The notes below the pieces were generated by a model. That model had not been told where the DNA came from. It ran no database searches and saw only the letters and a list, made by a program, of their open reading frames with translations. Both the position numbers and the translations under genes were made by a program. 64,000 nucleotides of DNA from the NCBI GenBank assembly GCA_028534125.1, contig CM052822.1, positions 68,572,001-68,636,000 of the forward strand, in the 5' to 3' direction. This DNA comes from Lama glama (lineage: Eukaryota). Shown here in pieces: positions 49,087 through 62,881 of this stretch; within the stretch, counting starts at the first letter, position 1; each line of letters opens with the position of its first letter.

Positions 49087-52000
49087 CTATGGGGGTTGTA
49101 GTTAATGTTTCCATTGGCTACTTAAAAGATCTATAGAATTCAAATTTTGCTTAGGTTGTCTGAGGCCACTAAAAGGTCAGTATAATTTTTGGATTAAGGA
49201 TTTCTGTATTTTGAGGTACCGCTGTAATGCATATTACAGATATTGAAGATTTCATGAATGGTAGGGTGGGTTTTTTCCAATACACTTTCCTTCCAGTTCA
49301 CTGATTTTTTATTCGCTTAAAAATCACACATACTTTCTTAAAGGGGAACAAAGTGATAGAGTTCATGAGGATTTTGCTTGGGAGTGTTCATCCGTGACCC
49401 TGAATGTACCTTCTAGGCCATGCAGGGATTCATGGGCACACACTTCCATCCACAAGCACACCCAAAAGACACTTGTTTGTCATTCCAAAAGTGTGTTCTC
49501 CACATACGAAGGTTCATTAATCCATGATAGATTAAACTGATTTTGAACCAAAACCTGTTAATTTTCATATAGAATATTGAGCATTCAAGAAATTTCAGAG
49601 TATCTGAAATGTAAAATGCAGTTTTGTTTTGTCCAGTGCTCTGAAGTACTGGGATTCATTTGTTCAAACTGCTATACAATTGATATAAATCACTGACTTT
49701 CACAAAGCTTCACAAAATCAAAACTGTCCTTCCTTTTGAGACTATTATGGGGACCAGATATAATGTGATGAATGCTCAGTGTGCTTAGGAGGGGTTCAAG
49801 AATTGGCCACAGTTAGTAATTTTAACAGTTTCCACGTGTTTCACCCTTTTGTTGACTTAATTCCTACTCCGAGTTGTTGGAGATACTCTCCATCCTTACC
49901 CCATATTCCAGATGGTGTATTGTCCTGAGCAAATAGCAGCCTGAACTTTTCATTGGCAGTATCTTCCCAACAACCTACCCATACTTTTGTCCTCACTTTT
50001 CCAGTCACACACACCTGACTGCCTTCCTCCGTCTGTGGTTGTTCTAGATTGAATCATGCCCTTTAATTCTAAGCCTTTCTGATTGATTGGGTCACCAATT
50101 CTTCAACTATTGGGCATTTTTACTTCTTCATATCATCTGGATTTGAGTTTTCCTGGTATGAATTCCCTTCTCTCCATCTCATCTCACTCCCTGCTATAAA
50201 AAGGAAAGGATAAATCATCCCCTCATCTATCTAATTATCTATCTATCTATCTACCTATCTAAACTATGATTGGACTGTTAATGACTCTACTAATTTTTGG
50301 AGAATGTCAGTATCTTTCTAATTATCCTGTCAATTTCTCCTAAACTCAAATCCTGTAGATAATTGATTCCAAAGCCTTTTCTTTCCTATCCCACATTTTA
50401 ACTTGGTTTACCAGTAACTTCACGAAGCCTGTACTCTGTCTTCTCTCACAAGCACATCCACCTCCCTCTATCCTGACATGCCCATCAATCACTGTTGCAT
50501 TCCCTTTCTGGTTCCCTTTTCTCATAAGCATGGGTTGGGGCTGATATTCCATGCCCTTCTCTTTAGCTTAAGACCATTGCATTAATGGATCTCTGGTACA
50601 AAACAACAGATTGCAGTATGGTAACTGGAGAACACAACACACAATGGGAACATGAAGGCTTGCCCTGTTTGGTCAGGTGGATGGTTCCCCTCTACACCCT
50701 CGTTCCCATCTGGTCTCCAACCATCTGATCCAATCATATCTGACCTTCAGCTCGGGAGAGAGATCATTTTTGGGGGGTCTATAGCTTTATTTATAGATTA
50801 CTTCAAAGATCCTTTCTAAACTTGAGTGTAAATGTTATATATTTGGCTTCTATTTACCCCTAATTTATTCTATTTTTATTTATTCATCTCAGACCTATTC
50901 CAGCTTCCTGAAGAGTTCAAAAATCTGATTGTGGGTCTTCATTTCTGATGGTTCCCTCAGTAAACTACTCTAATCTCATCGTGTTTATCGCCACATACTT
51001 CTAACATCACATCTTTTCTTCCCCAGTTCACCTCCTTCTTTGGAAATATGTAGGGGATAGATATACAGTGGACTGTGGTTTGATTCTTAGCCTAGAATTG
51101 ACAAACTATGTGAATTTAGAAAATCATTGGGCTTTGGTTTTTAGTTTCATTTTATATACAAAACAAGAGTTAAACTTGATGCCGTCACTAGTGGACACTG
51201 TGACTGCCTCCCCAGCATCCATTCTACCTCTCCTCTATTTATGTTCAGTGTTGAGATAACCCTGTAAGAGCTATGTTGAGACATTGCTGGGGGCAGTGTG
51301 GCATGTATTTGAGAATCAAAATTGCTGCTGTCATTTTGCAACTATCAGGGAAGCTACCTAGGGATGAAGGAATCAAAACAAGAGAATCTTCCAGAAATGT
51401 AGCTGAAGTCCCAATAAAAGCATGCCAGAATGTAGGTCTTCTCTCTAGATATTTTTAGTTATCATCTACTAAATTCCTTTCAATGGGTTTAAGTCAGTTT
51501 GAGTTGGGCTTTCCGTTGCTATAGTTAAAAACATCTCAAATGACATAGTTTCCAAAATCCCTTCTGTCTCTGCATCAAGCTAGACTTACTGTATGTGAGG
51601 TTCTTTCTATGTTTATTCTTATTTTCATGGGATATCTGTGAGGTCATTTTAATGGACACAAATCTGCAACTCATAAGATCTTAACTGCCTCTTTCTTTCC
51701 AAAGGCATTGCCAGCCTCCTGGATCATACTGCTGTCACCTTTCCTGGGCTCTTTCCAAGCTGGCTGGAGGCCACAGGAAGCTCTCATGTCCAGAAGCTGA
51801 TCCTATCCAGGCCAGGTTGCCACGCTACTTTAAAACTTGTATGAAAAGCCACACTTTCAGACCTTGCTTTGGGCTTCCTGAGTGATCGTCAAGGGCAAGC
51901 TGGTACCATCGTGAATTCTGAATAGTTATCTCCTGGGGCGTGAACCTTGACCAATGAGAAATGAGATGCGGGGTGGGGGAAACCATACAATTAATACCCT

Positions 52001-54096
52001 GTTCTCTCCCTGCTATGGGCTTCCCTGAGCTATGGTTTTGTCTTTCACATCTTCCTATAGGTTTGCTTCATGTCTCTCCTTGCCTCACTTCTCCTTACTC
52101 TTCACCCTTACTTTCCTGGGTTTGTAACTTTCAAATAGTGTCAGTTCTTTAATCCTTGCCTCTGCTTTCAAAAGGACCATCTTTCTGCTAATAAAGCAAC
52201 AAACAGTTCAGGGTTAGTTTGTTCAAAATTAGTCAGCAGCAGCTCTTGGATTTGCATCTGGGGCTCACGACAAGCCAGATTACCATAAATGTTTCTAAAT
52301 GTTTACTTTTTGGTCTGTACTTTTCTTGTCACAGAACAGTAACAAATAGTTTAGAGACCAGACCCATCCATGGACCACACTTTACATCGTCCTGTTAATA
52401 CTAGCACGATGAAATCTTCTGAGTCTCAAGTTACATTCTTTTTGCTGTCTTTACCCCATGCCTCCTTCCCACAACATTTGCAGCTAGTGGACTTGAGTGG
52501 TTGGGAAGATGTCAGAGGGACTTATATAATCCACTCATTTATGCATTAAGTAATTCACATAACATTGCATTCCTTATTTGGAGACAGAATTAATGCTGTA
52601 GGACCCTGGAACATCTCCCAAGAGTTTGGTATGACATTGTGTTTGATGGGAGAAAAATCAGCATTTGTTTCCTAGGCTTTTAGATGTCTGTAGGTATCTG
52701 AATCTATCTATATATAATATAGATATATAATATTATAGATATCTATAATATCCATAAATACTTTAGATTATCATTTCACTTAGGCTCTGTCCTGTCTTCC
52801 TGAATTGAGGCCCAAAGCTCTACCACTCAAAATACTTTTAAGTTTATTAGACATGAGAGGAAGTTCATTTGTAAGGGAAATAGAAGATGTTAGGGGTTGA
52901 TATGAAGCTGTATAATTAGATAAATCTAGTTTCAGAAACCAGCCTATTAATTAGCTATGTGTTTGGGGAAAATTATTTAAACCCTTGGAACCTCAGTTTT
53001 GTCATTCCAACAAAGAGGGATAATAATAATAATTGTTCACTGTAAGGGCTTAGTCTATGGAGTCAGGCTGCTGGTGTTTGCATCCTGACTCTATAGCCTA
53101 TTTACAACTAATAAGAATCCTGGGTGTGTTACATAACTTCTATTTCATTTTCCATATCTGTTTTTTTTTCTGGGTTGTTTTATAATATACTAAAACTCCT
53201 CACTCTTTATAAACTTATAAGGGAAAAAAAAAATCTCCCTGGAGTCTCAGTACCAGGAATTGTTCTGTGTCTCAGAGCAACAGATCTGCTTTTGCCTTTT
53301 GGACACTGGCAATCATGTAGAGTGATCATTCTTGGCTGGTGGAAAGTTCCAAACTGAGTTTGCAGCCCACTACTGGCAGGTGGACGGGGACTGGTGTGCT
53401 GTGTACACCCCCTGCTTCTGGTTTTATCTTCATTTCCTATTGTATAGTGTCCCCACTTATCCGATGTATTTTCTTATAAGCAATTTTATATTCCTTTTGG
53501 GAAGAGGGTATAAATAAATACACAAATACGTAATAATGTTAAGCGCCTCTTACAGAATTATGCCCAACAGATGAGTTCCCTTGGTCTTTGCCTAGTGCTG
53601 AGCTTTATTGAGAATATTAGATCTCGGCAGCCTTGCCTGTGTTCAGCACTGATGGAGTGCGGTGAATGGAGCTGTAATAGAACAGCCTCTGTTGAATCCT
53701 CCTTCTCCCTTTGCTGCTCGTTTTAAGAAAGAGGTGGGCTCCAGCATGGTTTTGAGGAGGACTGGCCCATTTTGACCTGGGCCGCAATTTTGAGGACACA
53801 GTATGTGTATCCTTTGGAATTCAATGAGGGGTGTGGGCAGACCCAGTTCAGATCATACCACTACTTACTCTGAGGCTTAACATTTTATTTGCTGAATTTC
53901 AAGGGTGAGATCTGTAAATTTCTGTAACTCTGAGTCTTTGGTCTCTCTTAACACAAGTATGTCATCAGCTTTAATAATCCCATAAGGTAAAAATTCTACA
54001 TGGTGGCAACTTCTGGTAATTGTGCCAAGTTTCTTTGTGAGAAATAAGGAACCTTGTGGGGGCTGTCAGAATAATATAAGAGAGCTCGTGGTATTC

Positions 54097-54870
54097 TTTT
54101 TTTTTTTGATTAAAGAATAGTTGATTTGCAATATTATATGTTTCAGGTGTACAGCATAATGATTCATAGTTTTTAAAGATTATACCTCATTTATAGCTAT
54201 TATAAAATATTGGCTATATTCCCTGTTCTATACAATATATCCTTGTAGCTTATTTACTTTATATGTAGTTAAAGGTGCCTCTTAATCCTCCACCCTTATC
54301 TTCCCTCTTCCCCTTCCCTCTCCCCACTGGTAATCACTAGTTTGTTCTCCATATCTGTGAGTCTGTTTCTTTCTTGTTATATTCACCAGTTTGTTTTATT
54401 TTTTAGATTCCACATGTTAGTGATAACAGAACAGTTGTCTTTCTTTGTATGACTTATTTCACTTAGCTTAATACCCTCCAGGTCCATCCATGTTGCTGTA
54501 AAGGGNNNNNNNNNNNNNNNNNNNNNNNNNNNNNNNNNNNNNNNNNNNNNNNNNNNNNNNNNNNNNNNNNNNNNNNNNNNNNNNNNNNNNNNNNNNNNNN
54601 NNNNNNNNNNNNNNNNNNNNNNNNNNNNNNNNNNNNNNNNNNNNNNNNNNNNNNNNNNNNNNNNNNNNNNNNNNNNNNTATTGAAATAATGCTGCTCTGA
54701 ATATTGGGGTGCAGTATCTTTTGGATTAGTGTTTTCATTTTCTTTGAATATATACCCAGGTGTGGAATTGCTGGATCACGTGGCCTTTAGTTTTAGTTTT
54801 TTGAGGAATCTACATATTGTTTTCCACAATGGCTGGAAATTACATTTCTACCAACCATGTACAAAGTTTT
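54097..54870 (-). mobile_element. L1 3' end with poly(A), interrupted by an assembly gap
   Basis: Poly-T followed by L1 3'UTR and ORF2-end motifs (tccatccatgttgctg, ggaattgctggatca). Confidence 0.75.
54506..54678. other. Assembly gap (N run)
   Basis: 173 N. Confidence 1.
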
Positions 54871-55533
54871 CCTTATCTATTAAAACTGAGGTAATACTAT
54901 TACTACCACATAAATAGTTGTGGATTATAAATTATATAATATATATCTAATTCTTTGAAGAGGGCATAGTATTTAGTAAGATCTCAATAAATACTAGCTA
55001 CTTTAGTAAAAGAATTGTAGTGGTTGAATGAGATAACCTATATAAAGCATCTGATCCATAATAATATGCTGTAAATTGAAATCATTACTCTCTTTTCTTA
55101 GATCCCTAAGAAGCACATCACCTCTTTTTGAAGACCACAATATATGCATACGTATATCAAAGAGCATTTTGGAGTAGGCATAGTTTTTCTAGAAATGAGC
55201 ACCTGGGGAATTCCTTATTTATTCATATGTTTATTCCTCTTTTAACAAAAACTTAATACATGCAGTGTGTTAGATACTCCAACAGACTCTGTGAAGACGT
55301 GAACTAAGAACTCTGAACTAAAAGCCACATAACTGGGATAAAGCATATCCACAAATAGCTGTGGTGCAGTGCTGAACCCTCCAAGTGCTAGAGGAGAGTC
55401 ACAGAGCACGTGGGAAATTCCAAGGAGGAAGAGATCACATCTGGATGGAAGAACAGGTTACTTGAAAGGGTAATCATTTGAACTAGTCCTTAAAGTATGT
55501 GTACAATATTAATAGACATAGATGGGAAGAGAA

Positions 55534-56351
55534 TGTTAGCAGATGGACAGATCTGAAATTAGGGGTCCCATGAAAGTGTGGGTCCTTGCTGTTGGCTGTG
55601 TAGGAATTTGAAGCAGAGCCAGAGGGACAAAGTGAATGGCTGTTTTATTGCTCAAAATAGGAAAAGAAAAGAAGGTGATCAAGCAGCAAAAAGGAAAGAA
55701 AGGTGCTTGAGCAAGGAAGAGGCCCTCGAGTGGGGAGCCATCAGTTAAGATGGCCAGTAGAGACAGCTCCAGCTGAGGCTTGGACCATGTGGACTTTTAT
55801 GGGAGGCTTCTGCCATCATGTCCTTGTTCCTGGTGTGCTGAACCCAATTGCCTTATTTTCTGTCCTTGTATGGGCTTTTCTGGTTGTCGTCATGGCAATC
55901 GTCAACTGTCATGGGGCTGGTAGGTGTGTCATTTAGCATGCTAATACGTTATAATGGGCGTATAATGAGAGTCAAGGTCCACTGGAAGTCAAATCCTCCA
56001 CCATCTTGGGCTGCATTGGTTCTAACCAGTTTTATTTCTTCTTTTTGCATTTGGCTCCTGAGATTTAGATAAGGGTGACCGGTTTCTATTCAAGGGAGGG
56101 GCAAGGGTATGATCCTGCAGGCAACAGCCTTAGTAACAAAAAAGGAAAGTTGCTTTTAACCAGAATGCCGGCAATTTGGTGGACCCAGTGTTCCTCCCAA
56201 AAAACTATCTCTGAAGATTCTGCTCAGCCACAAACTAGAGGGAAGGTTAAGGAGGCTGCCTGAAGCCTATAACCTATGAAAGAGAAGTAGGGGACAGAAA
56301 GGATGAAAGGATTTATATCAGGGAGGGCTCACAGTGTCCTGCTCCCTTTCT
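55534..56351 (-). mobile_element. ERV LTR (solo or composite)
   Basis: Starts TGTTAG, has TTTATT near its left end and an internal TAACA at 56138. Candidate TSD AGAA on both sides, but the right terminus is CT rather than CA. Confidence 0.6.
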
Positions 56352-57916
56352 AGAAGGCTCTTCAAGAGTTAGAATCAGCATGAACAGGAAAGTCTGAATT
56401 CAGAGAGATAGGAACAGCGTTTGGTAAGTAAGCATTTGGTAAACAGTACGTAGTCCAGGATCGGAGTGGTATGGGGTAAGTGAACACAGAAGATTAGCAG
56501 ACTATAGCTGGAACGGTGGGTTGTGCATAGTGTGGTAGATAATGATTAGAATAGTTTATTTATTTATTCTCTGCCTCATTGGCTCCTAGGAGGAGAGATT
56601 GTCCCTAAGCCCTCCTAACGACTTGCCCTACTTCCTCCCCTACTTCTCCTAATGGAAAGTGGAGGGATCTTTCCACTTGATGAGTTCAGAGACCAAATTC
56701 AGCTTATTTTTAACTTTCTATGGCTTCTCTGAGAGCCAACAACCTACAAGAAACCTGGCAACTCCATGCTGTGAGCATGCAGGGCCAGAGAAGGGGTGGG
56801 GGGTGGAGGGAAGCCTGCGTTTTTTTTTTTTTTTTCCTCCCTGACTGAGGTTCATTGATCCCGCCCAAGTCTTATATTTCAGCCAACTTTTATTAGTGAT
56901 AGGCTGCTAAGTATTTACTTCTGTTTACATGTTTATCTCCATCAACCTCTCTTCCTTTTATGTGTGCTCTTTGTCAGGTCATAAGACATAATCCAAAGTA
57001 TCAATCTCCTATTAATATAGAACAGAATGCACTTTAGTTAAAGTTTATCTCCAAATGCCACAGGGTACCAGGTGGAAATACCTTTACTCCACCCACTTCC
57101 TCTGTGAGCATCCATCAAACAGATTGGTCATCAGAGAAAGCAGTTTTGTTCTGTTCTGCCTCAGTCTTCCCAAAAAATCATTTTTGCCAATCTGAGAGAT
57201 TAGAAATGATATTTCATTGTAATTTTAAGATCAATTTCTCATAATGAGTGAAGTTGAACATCATATGTGTAAGGGCCATTTGTGTATTTTCTCTGAGGAC
57301 TGTTTATTTATATTTTTGCTTTTTCCCTTTAGGTTTTTGATCCTTTTTCTTGATTTTAAAAGCTTTCCATATATTAAGGAGACTAGCTTTTTAATCTGTG
57401 ATACAATTTACCAATATTCTCTCCAAATTTGTCTTCTGTCTTCGATTTTACTTAAGGTCAGTTTGATAGGCAAAAGTTAAGCTTTAAAAAATTTTTATGT
57501 AGTCAAATTTAGCTATCATTTCTTTTATGCTTCTGGATTTTGTATCATATTGAGAAGATCTTTCCATACTCCCAAATTATAAAGGAAATTTTTCTTTTTG
57601 CTTTTTCTTGTTTTCACTTTCAAATCTTACTTTTAGTTTTCCTATCTATTTGGAGTTTACTCTGGAATAAGATGCATGGATAAAATTCACTTAGCATTTA
57701 TTATATGTCAGAATGAAGCAATTTCTACAAGGATATCTTTGAGTCTTATCAGAGTTTGTAGCTTTTAAAGGATCATCCAGGGCAATTCATTATTCACAAG
57801 ATATCCTCTACAAAACAGTATTTTATACTAATGAACACTTATCTAGGAATCAGGAGACTTTGGTCAGTAAACTTGTTTTGCTAGTAAATTACATGTGACC
57901 TTGACTTAAGTCATTT

Positions 57917-58555
57917 TGTTGCTGGTGGATCCGACTGGTGTTCCAGGTTCTTGTCCCGTCCCAGAAAGAATTCAGAGACAAGACTTAGAGGTTAAAAAAA
58001 GTAAAGTGAGGATTAATTAAAGAGTGGATAGTACACTCTCAAGAGGAGAGCGGGCAGGATCAGGTGAGCGGCTGCCCTGAGTTTCTTTGGCAAGTTAGTT
58101 ACATAGGGTGTAAAAATGAATGGGCAGAATATTCATTGAGAAGGGAAGGGCTTGGGGTCGTATTTCCTGATTGTCATCCCAACTCCACCTTCCCAAAGGG
58201 AGGAGGGATTGTTGTCCTTATTTAGTCTGGATCAGAAGTGTCCTGGCATCCGTGAATGATGGGTACTTCTGACCTACAAGGCTAATTTTATTGAAATGAG
58301 GGAATAATGAGCAAAAGGTTATATTAGGACACTGAAAACTCCTGCCTTTTCTGACCTTTCTTTGTTAGTCTCCAGGCCAAAAGGTATGTCCTCTTACAGC
58401 CCAAAGATTCCTGCTTTTCTTTCTCTGCCCAGGGACCCCTGGTGCTTATGTATGTTTCCTGCATTTGGCTTGTGCCCCTCCTTTCTGCCCAATTCCTGCT
58501 ATTTGCTCTATGTCCCCCTTTCTCTGTCATATCTAGCTATCTGTCTGCTCTAACA
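57917..58555 (-). mobile_element. Class I ERV solo LTR
   Basis: TGTTG...TAACA termini, 4-bp TSD ATTT, 639 bp. Confidence 0.85.
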
Positions 58556-59095
58556 ATTTGACTCATATTAGATATTAGCCACCTTAATCTTCAAAGATTT
58601 TCTTAATTTATATGTATTACTTATTGGTCAAAATTAAAATACTCCTTTAGGAGAAAGGCAGCGTTCTTACAATTTATTATGATAGTAATGAGTAACTCAA
58701 TTGGACCAGAAATTAAAGTATATTGAATGTATGTAGGTTGAACAAAAGTCATACATTTTTGCACCAAACTAATAAAGGCTCTTCATCAGAAAGTTTAAAA
58801 TAAATGTAAAATTAAAAAGTTTATTGCTATCTCTGTTTATAAGAATAGCAAAGCTTATTAAAGAAAAACTAAAAGATAAAGAAAAAAGAAAACAATAAAG
58901 ATCACTCATAGCATAAAAAATAGTACAAGAGAAAACATTTAACAAAAACAAAAGAATGTAATCTTGGGAGAGGGAGTTTGTAAACAACACAAATTCGAAA
59001 GAAAAGATTGAAAAATAATACGGTGTCATTCTAAAAAAAAAAAATGGCAAAGCATAATCACAATTAGAAGGGAAACAGCAAACTAAGAACGATAT

Positions 59096-60309
59096 TGTTG
59101 CCAAAAGATTGGCCCCTGTCCCAGACGAGCCAAATAACCCAGAGACATGGTCTTGGAGCTTAGAAGAAAAGAGGCAATTTTATTGCTTTGCTGGGCAAAG
59201 GGGACTCACAGCAGGCTAGTGCCTTCACAACTGTGAACCCACCTTGGGGATAGGGTGGGGTGGTTATATAGCCAGAGCTCAAACAATAAAGCATCGATAA
59301 CAATCAACAGAATCATTTTCTCATCAGAAAACTTAGAATGGCGTCATGATGCCTCCAGGGGACCAATTCTATAGAGGCCAGCAGTTAGATCTCTTTATCT
59401 CTTAAGCACTCAAGGTGTGGTCTTCTTGGTAATTCAGGCTATTTTGTAAGGTTACAGTCCTGTGACCTTCTCCTTGGAGAAGGACTCAGAGACCAAGCAT
59501 GATTATTACTTTGAATTACTGGAATAAAGTAGGAACAGTTTAGATCAATAGCTTTAGTTTTAACAATGGGCCTGGAACTGTGAGTAGCAACTGGTCAGTC
59601 AGGTCAGTTGACCATTTTAAGGGCGAGCATAAGAATAAGCAATCTGTTAGCCTAAGTGTTGCCGAAAGGTCAGCCCCTGTCCCTGACAAGCCAAATAACC
59701 CAGAGACAAGGTCTTGGAGCTTAGAAGAAAAGAGGCAGCTTTATTACTTTGCCAGGCAAAGGGGGCTCACAGCAGGCCAGTGCCTTCAAAACTATAAATC
59801 CGTCTTTAGGGTTGGTGCTTAGTGATTATATAGTGAACAAATTGGAGAGTAAAAGGGGATATCAATTAACAAGAGCCTCTGGTGAAGCTTCTTCCTAAAT
59901 CTTGGCAAGTCTGTCCAGCATCATGGGACCATCTGGTGGTCTGGAGGGTCAGCAGCCTGTGACCTTCTTCATCTGATCAGGCTCATTAGGTGCCACGAGG
60001 GACTTCAGAGGGTCTGGTTCCTCTCCTGAGGTTGTTACCTGGTGACTCCTTTTCTAGGGGAATGACTCAGAAGCCAAACATGATTGTAAATTTCAATTGC
60101 CAGAGTGAGGTAAAGCAAACAGGAAAGTTAATATCTCTAACTCTAATTGTAACAGTGGGCCTGGGGCTGGGGGCAGTGTCTGGTTAGTCAGATTTGCTGA
60201 CCATTTTAAAAGCAAACGGCAAGTATAAGGTCAGGAATTAGTTAGCCTAAGCATGGCCATTTTATTATTTCTCCTTCATAAGTGTGGCCATTTGATTAAT
60301 CCTCCTTCA
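59096..60309 (-). mobile_element. Class I ERV solo LTR (outer, family A), interrupted by a nested LTR
   Basis: TG...CA termini, TSD ATAT (59092-59095, 60310-60313). Near-identical to 61708-62289 once the insert is removed. Confidence 0.9.
59657..60278 (-). mobile_element. Nested ERV solo LTR (related family B)
   Basis: TGTTGCCG...CTCCTTCA termini, TSD TAAG (59653-59656, 60279-60282), 622 bp. Confidence 0.9.
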
Positions 60310-60391
60310 ATATTTCAAATACATCTAGAGTAAAAGAGGATATTTATTATATAAAAATCTATTAAAAATCATAAGATAAAAGCCAACAAAC

Positions 60392-60960
60392 TGAAACAGC
60401 AGGACCCTGTGGGGTCCTCTCTGGTACAAACGCTTTCTGTGTCCCGGGTTTCTTATTTGTAAGAAAAAGGCTTCATTCAGCCTCTCTGACCTTTCCTGAG
60501 TTCCAAAGGGCAGATTCAAACAGTTGCTAATCAGGGAAGGGAGGGAATGCAGAAACGAGGGAGGAAGAGTTAAGAAACAATAATGTAGCCTCAAGGCAGT
60601 ATCCTGGTTCCTCCTCAAGGAATATACATCACAATATTTTTGAGTTCTTCTGCAGGAACTAAGGCCCCCACCCAGGTGGAGGATGGCTACTTCATCCTGA
60701 ACACAAGATTCCTGGAACACCGCCCTCTTACCTTACCACCAACCAATCAGAAGAAAGTCACACACCTTGTGCCCTTACCCCAAGTTTTGCCTATAAAAAC
60801 TTTTCTCCAAAACCTACCAGAGAGTTTGGGTTTTTCTGAGCACGATCCGCCCTTCCTCCTGGCTTGGCCCTGCGACAAACCTTCCTCTGCTCTGAATTCT
60901 GGCATATCGGCTTGTTTTGCCTCACGGTGCGTCAGTTACAGGAAATTTTATTCCATTAGA
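60392..60960 (+). mobile_element. ERV solo LTR (another family)
   Basis: Starts TGAAAC, has CCAAT and CCTATAAAA boxes, TSD AAAC. Right terminus is GA. Confidence 0.75.
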
Positions 60961-61707
60961 AAACTAATAGAAAAACAGCAAGTATGTGAGGACACAGTTT
61001 TCAGAGAAATATGTACAAATGATTTTAAAATCAGTGAAAATATACCTAACTTCACTTATACTTAAAGAAAAGCAAAAATATATAATCGAGCCCTTAATAC
61101 ACGCCAGGGACTGTGAATATAACAGTGAGAAAAAAGAAAACGGAATCTTTCCTGATCTCTCCCCGTGATACGGAGTGAAAGACCAACATTAATCATTAAC
61201 AGAATGGGTCAGAGGAAGCCTTCCTGAGTAAGTGACCTTTGAGTAGAGGCTGAAGAATATAAAAGTTAACTAAAAAATCTGGATGGGAAGGGAAAAACAT
61301 TTAAGATAAAGGAAATAGCATGTTCAAAGGCCCAGAGTCAGGCAGAGGAAGCAAAACTTGGTCAATGAGCTGAGAGAAAATCAGGGTATCTGGAGGAGAG
61401 AGAGCAAAAGAAGTGGGAGTATGAGATGGGAAAGAAGTGGATGGGGGCCATATTACCATATAGCACTGAAGGGCTTGCTAGGGATAGGAGAGTTACTCTA
61501 ACAGCAATGAAATGTGTTAGAAGAGTTTTAAGCAGGGGAGTAAGATGTTCCAATTTGGCTTTTAGAAAGGTTACTGACCACCTTATACCTACTGGGATTG
61601 CTACCCAGGAAATAAGTGTTGAGAAGGATGTAGAGAAATTGGAAGCCTTGCATACTGTAGATGGGAATGTAAAATGGTGCAACCTATGGGAAACAATATG
61701 GTGGTTC

Positions 61708-62289
61708 TGTTGCCGAAGATCGGCCCCGTCCCTGATGAGCCAAATAACCCAGAGACAAGGTCTTGGAGCTTAGAAGAAAAGAGGCAATTTTATTGCTTTG
61801 CTGGGCAAAGGGGGCTCACAGCAGGCTAGTGCCTTCACAACTGTGAACCCACCTTGGGGATAGGGTGGGGTGGTTATATAGCCAGAGCTCAAACAATAAA
61901 GCATCGATAACAATCAACAGAATCATTTTCTCATCAGAAAACTTAGAATGGAGTCATGATGCCTCCAGGCGACCAATTCTATAGAGGCCAGCAGTTAGAT
62001 CTCTTTATCTCTTAAGCACTCAGGGTGTGGTCTTCTTGGTAATTCAGGCTATTTTGTAAGGTTACAGTCCTGTGACCTTCACCTTGGAGAAGGACTCAGA
62101 GACCAAACTTTATTATTTTGAATTACTGGAATAAAGTAGAAATAGTAAGATCAATAGCTTTAGTTTTAACAATGGGCCTGGAACTGTGAGTAGCAACTGG
62201 TCAGTCAGGTCAGTTGACCATTTTAAGGGCGAGCATAAGAATAAGCAATCTGTTAGCCTAAGTGCGGCCATTTTATTAATCCTCCTTCA
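61708..62289 (-). mobile_element. Class I ERV solo LTR (family A, second copy), inserted in an L1
   Basis: TG...CA termini, TSD GTTC (61704-61707, 62290-62293). The L1 reads through: tatggtggttc|ctcaagaaattaaaaatagaattaccatat. Confidence 0.9.
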
Positions 62290-62718
62290 GTTCCTCAAGA
62301 AATTAAAAATAGAATTACCATATAATCCAGCAATTCCACTTATGGGTATATACTCAAAGGAATTGAGAGAAGAATTTCAAAGATATATTTATACATCCAT
62401 ATTTATAGCAGCATTATTCACAATAGCCAACCAGTAGAAGCAAACCATTTGTCCATTCTGGATGAATGGACAAATGGGATATATATGTACACACGTATAT
62501 ATGTTATATATGAATGTTATTCAGCCTTTAAAATGAAAGAAAATTTGACACATGCTACAACATGGATGAAACTTGAGGATATTATACTAAATTAAATGAG
62601 TCCATCACCAAAAGACAAATACTGTATGAGTCCACTTATATGAGAGTAGTCAAATTCATAGGGTAAAAAAGTAGAGTTGTGGTTGTCAGGGCCTGGAGGG
62701 AGGGGAATCGGGGGTTAC

Positions 62719-62881
62719 NNNNNNNNNNNNNNNNNNNNNNNNNNNNNNNNNNNNNNNNNNNNNNNNNNNNNNNNNNNNNNNNNNNNNNNNNNNNNNNNNN
62801 NNNNNNNNNNNNNNNNNNNNNNNNNNNNNNNNNNNNNNNNNNNNNNNNNNNNNNNNNNNNNNNNNNNNNNNNNNNNNNNNN
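62719..62881. other. Assembly gap (N run)
   Basis: 163 N. Confidence 1.

Noticed and set aside
59580-62437. Two ORFs sharing the N-terminus MSSNWSVRSVDHFKGEHK
   Set aside because: By-product of the duplicated LTR sequence; no coding signal.
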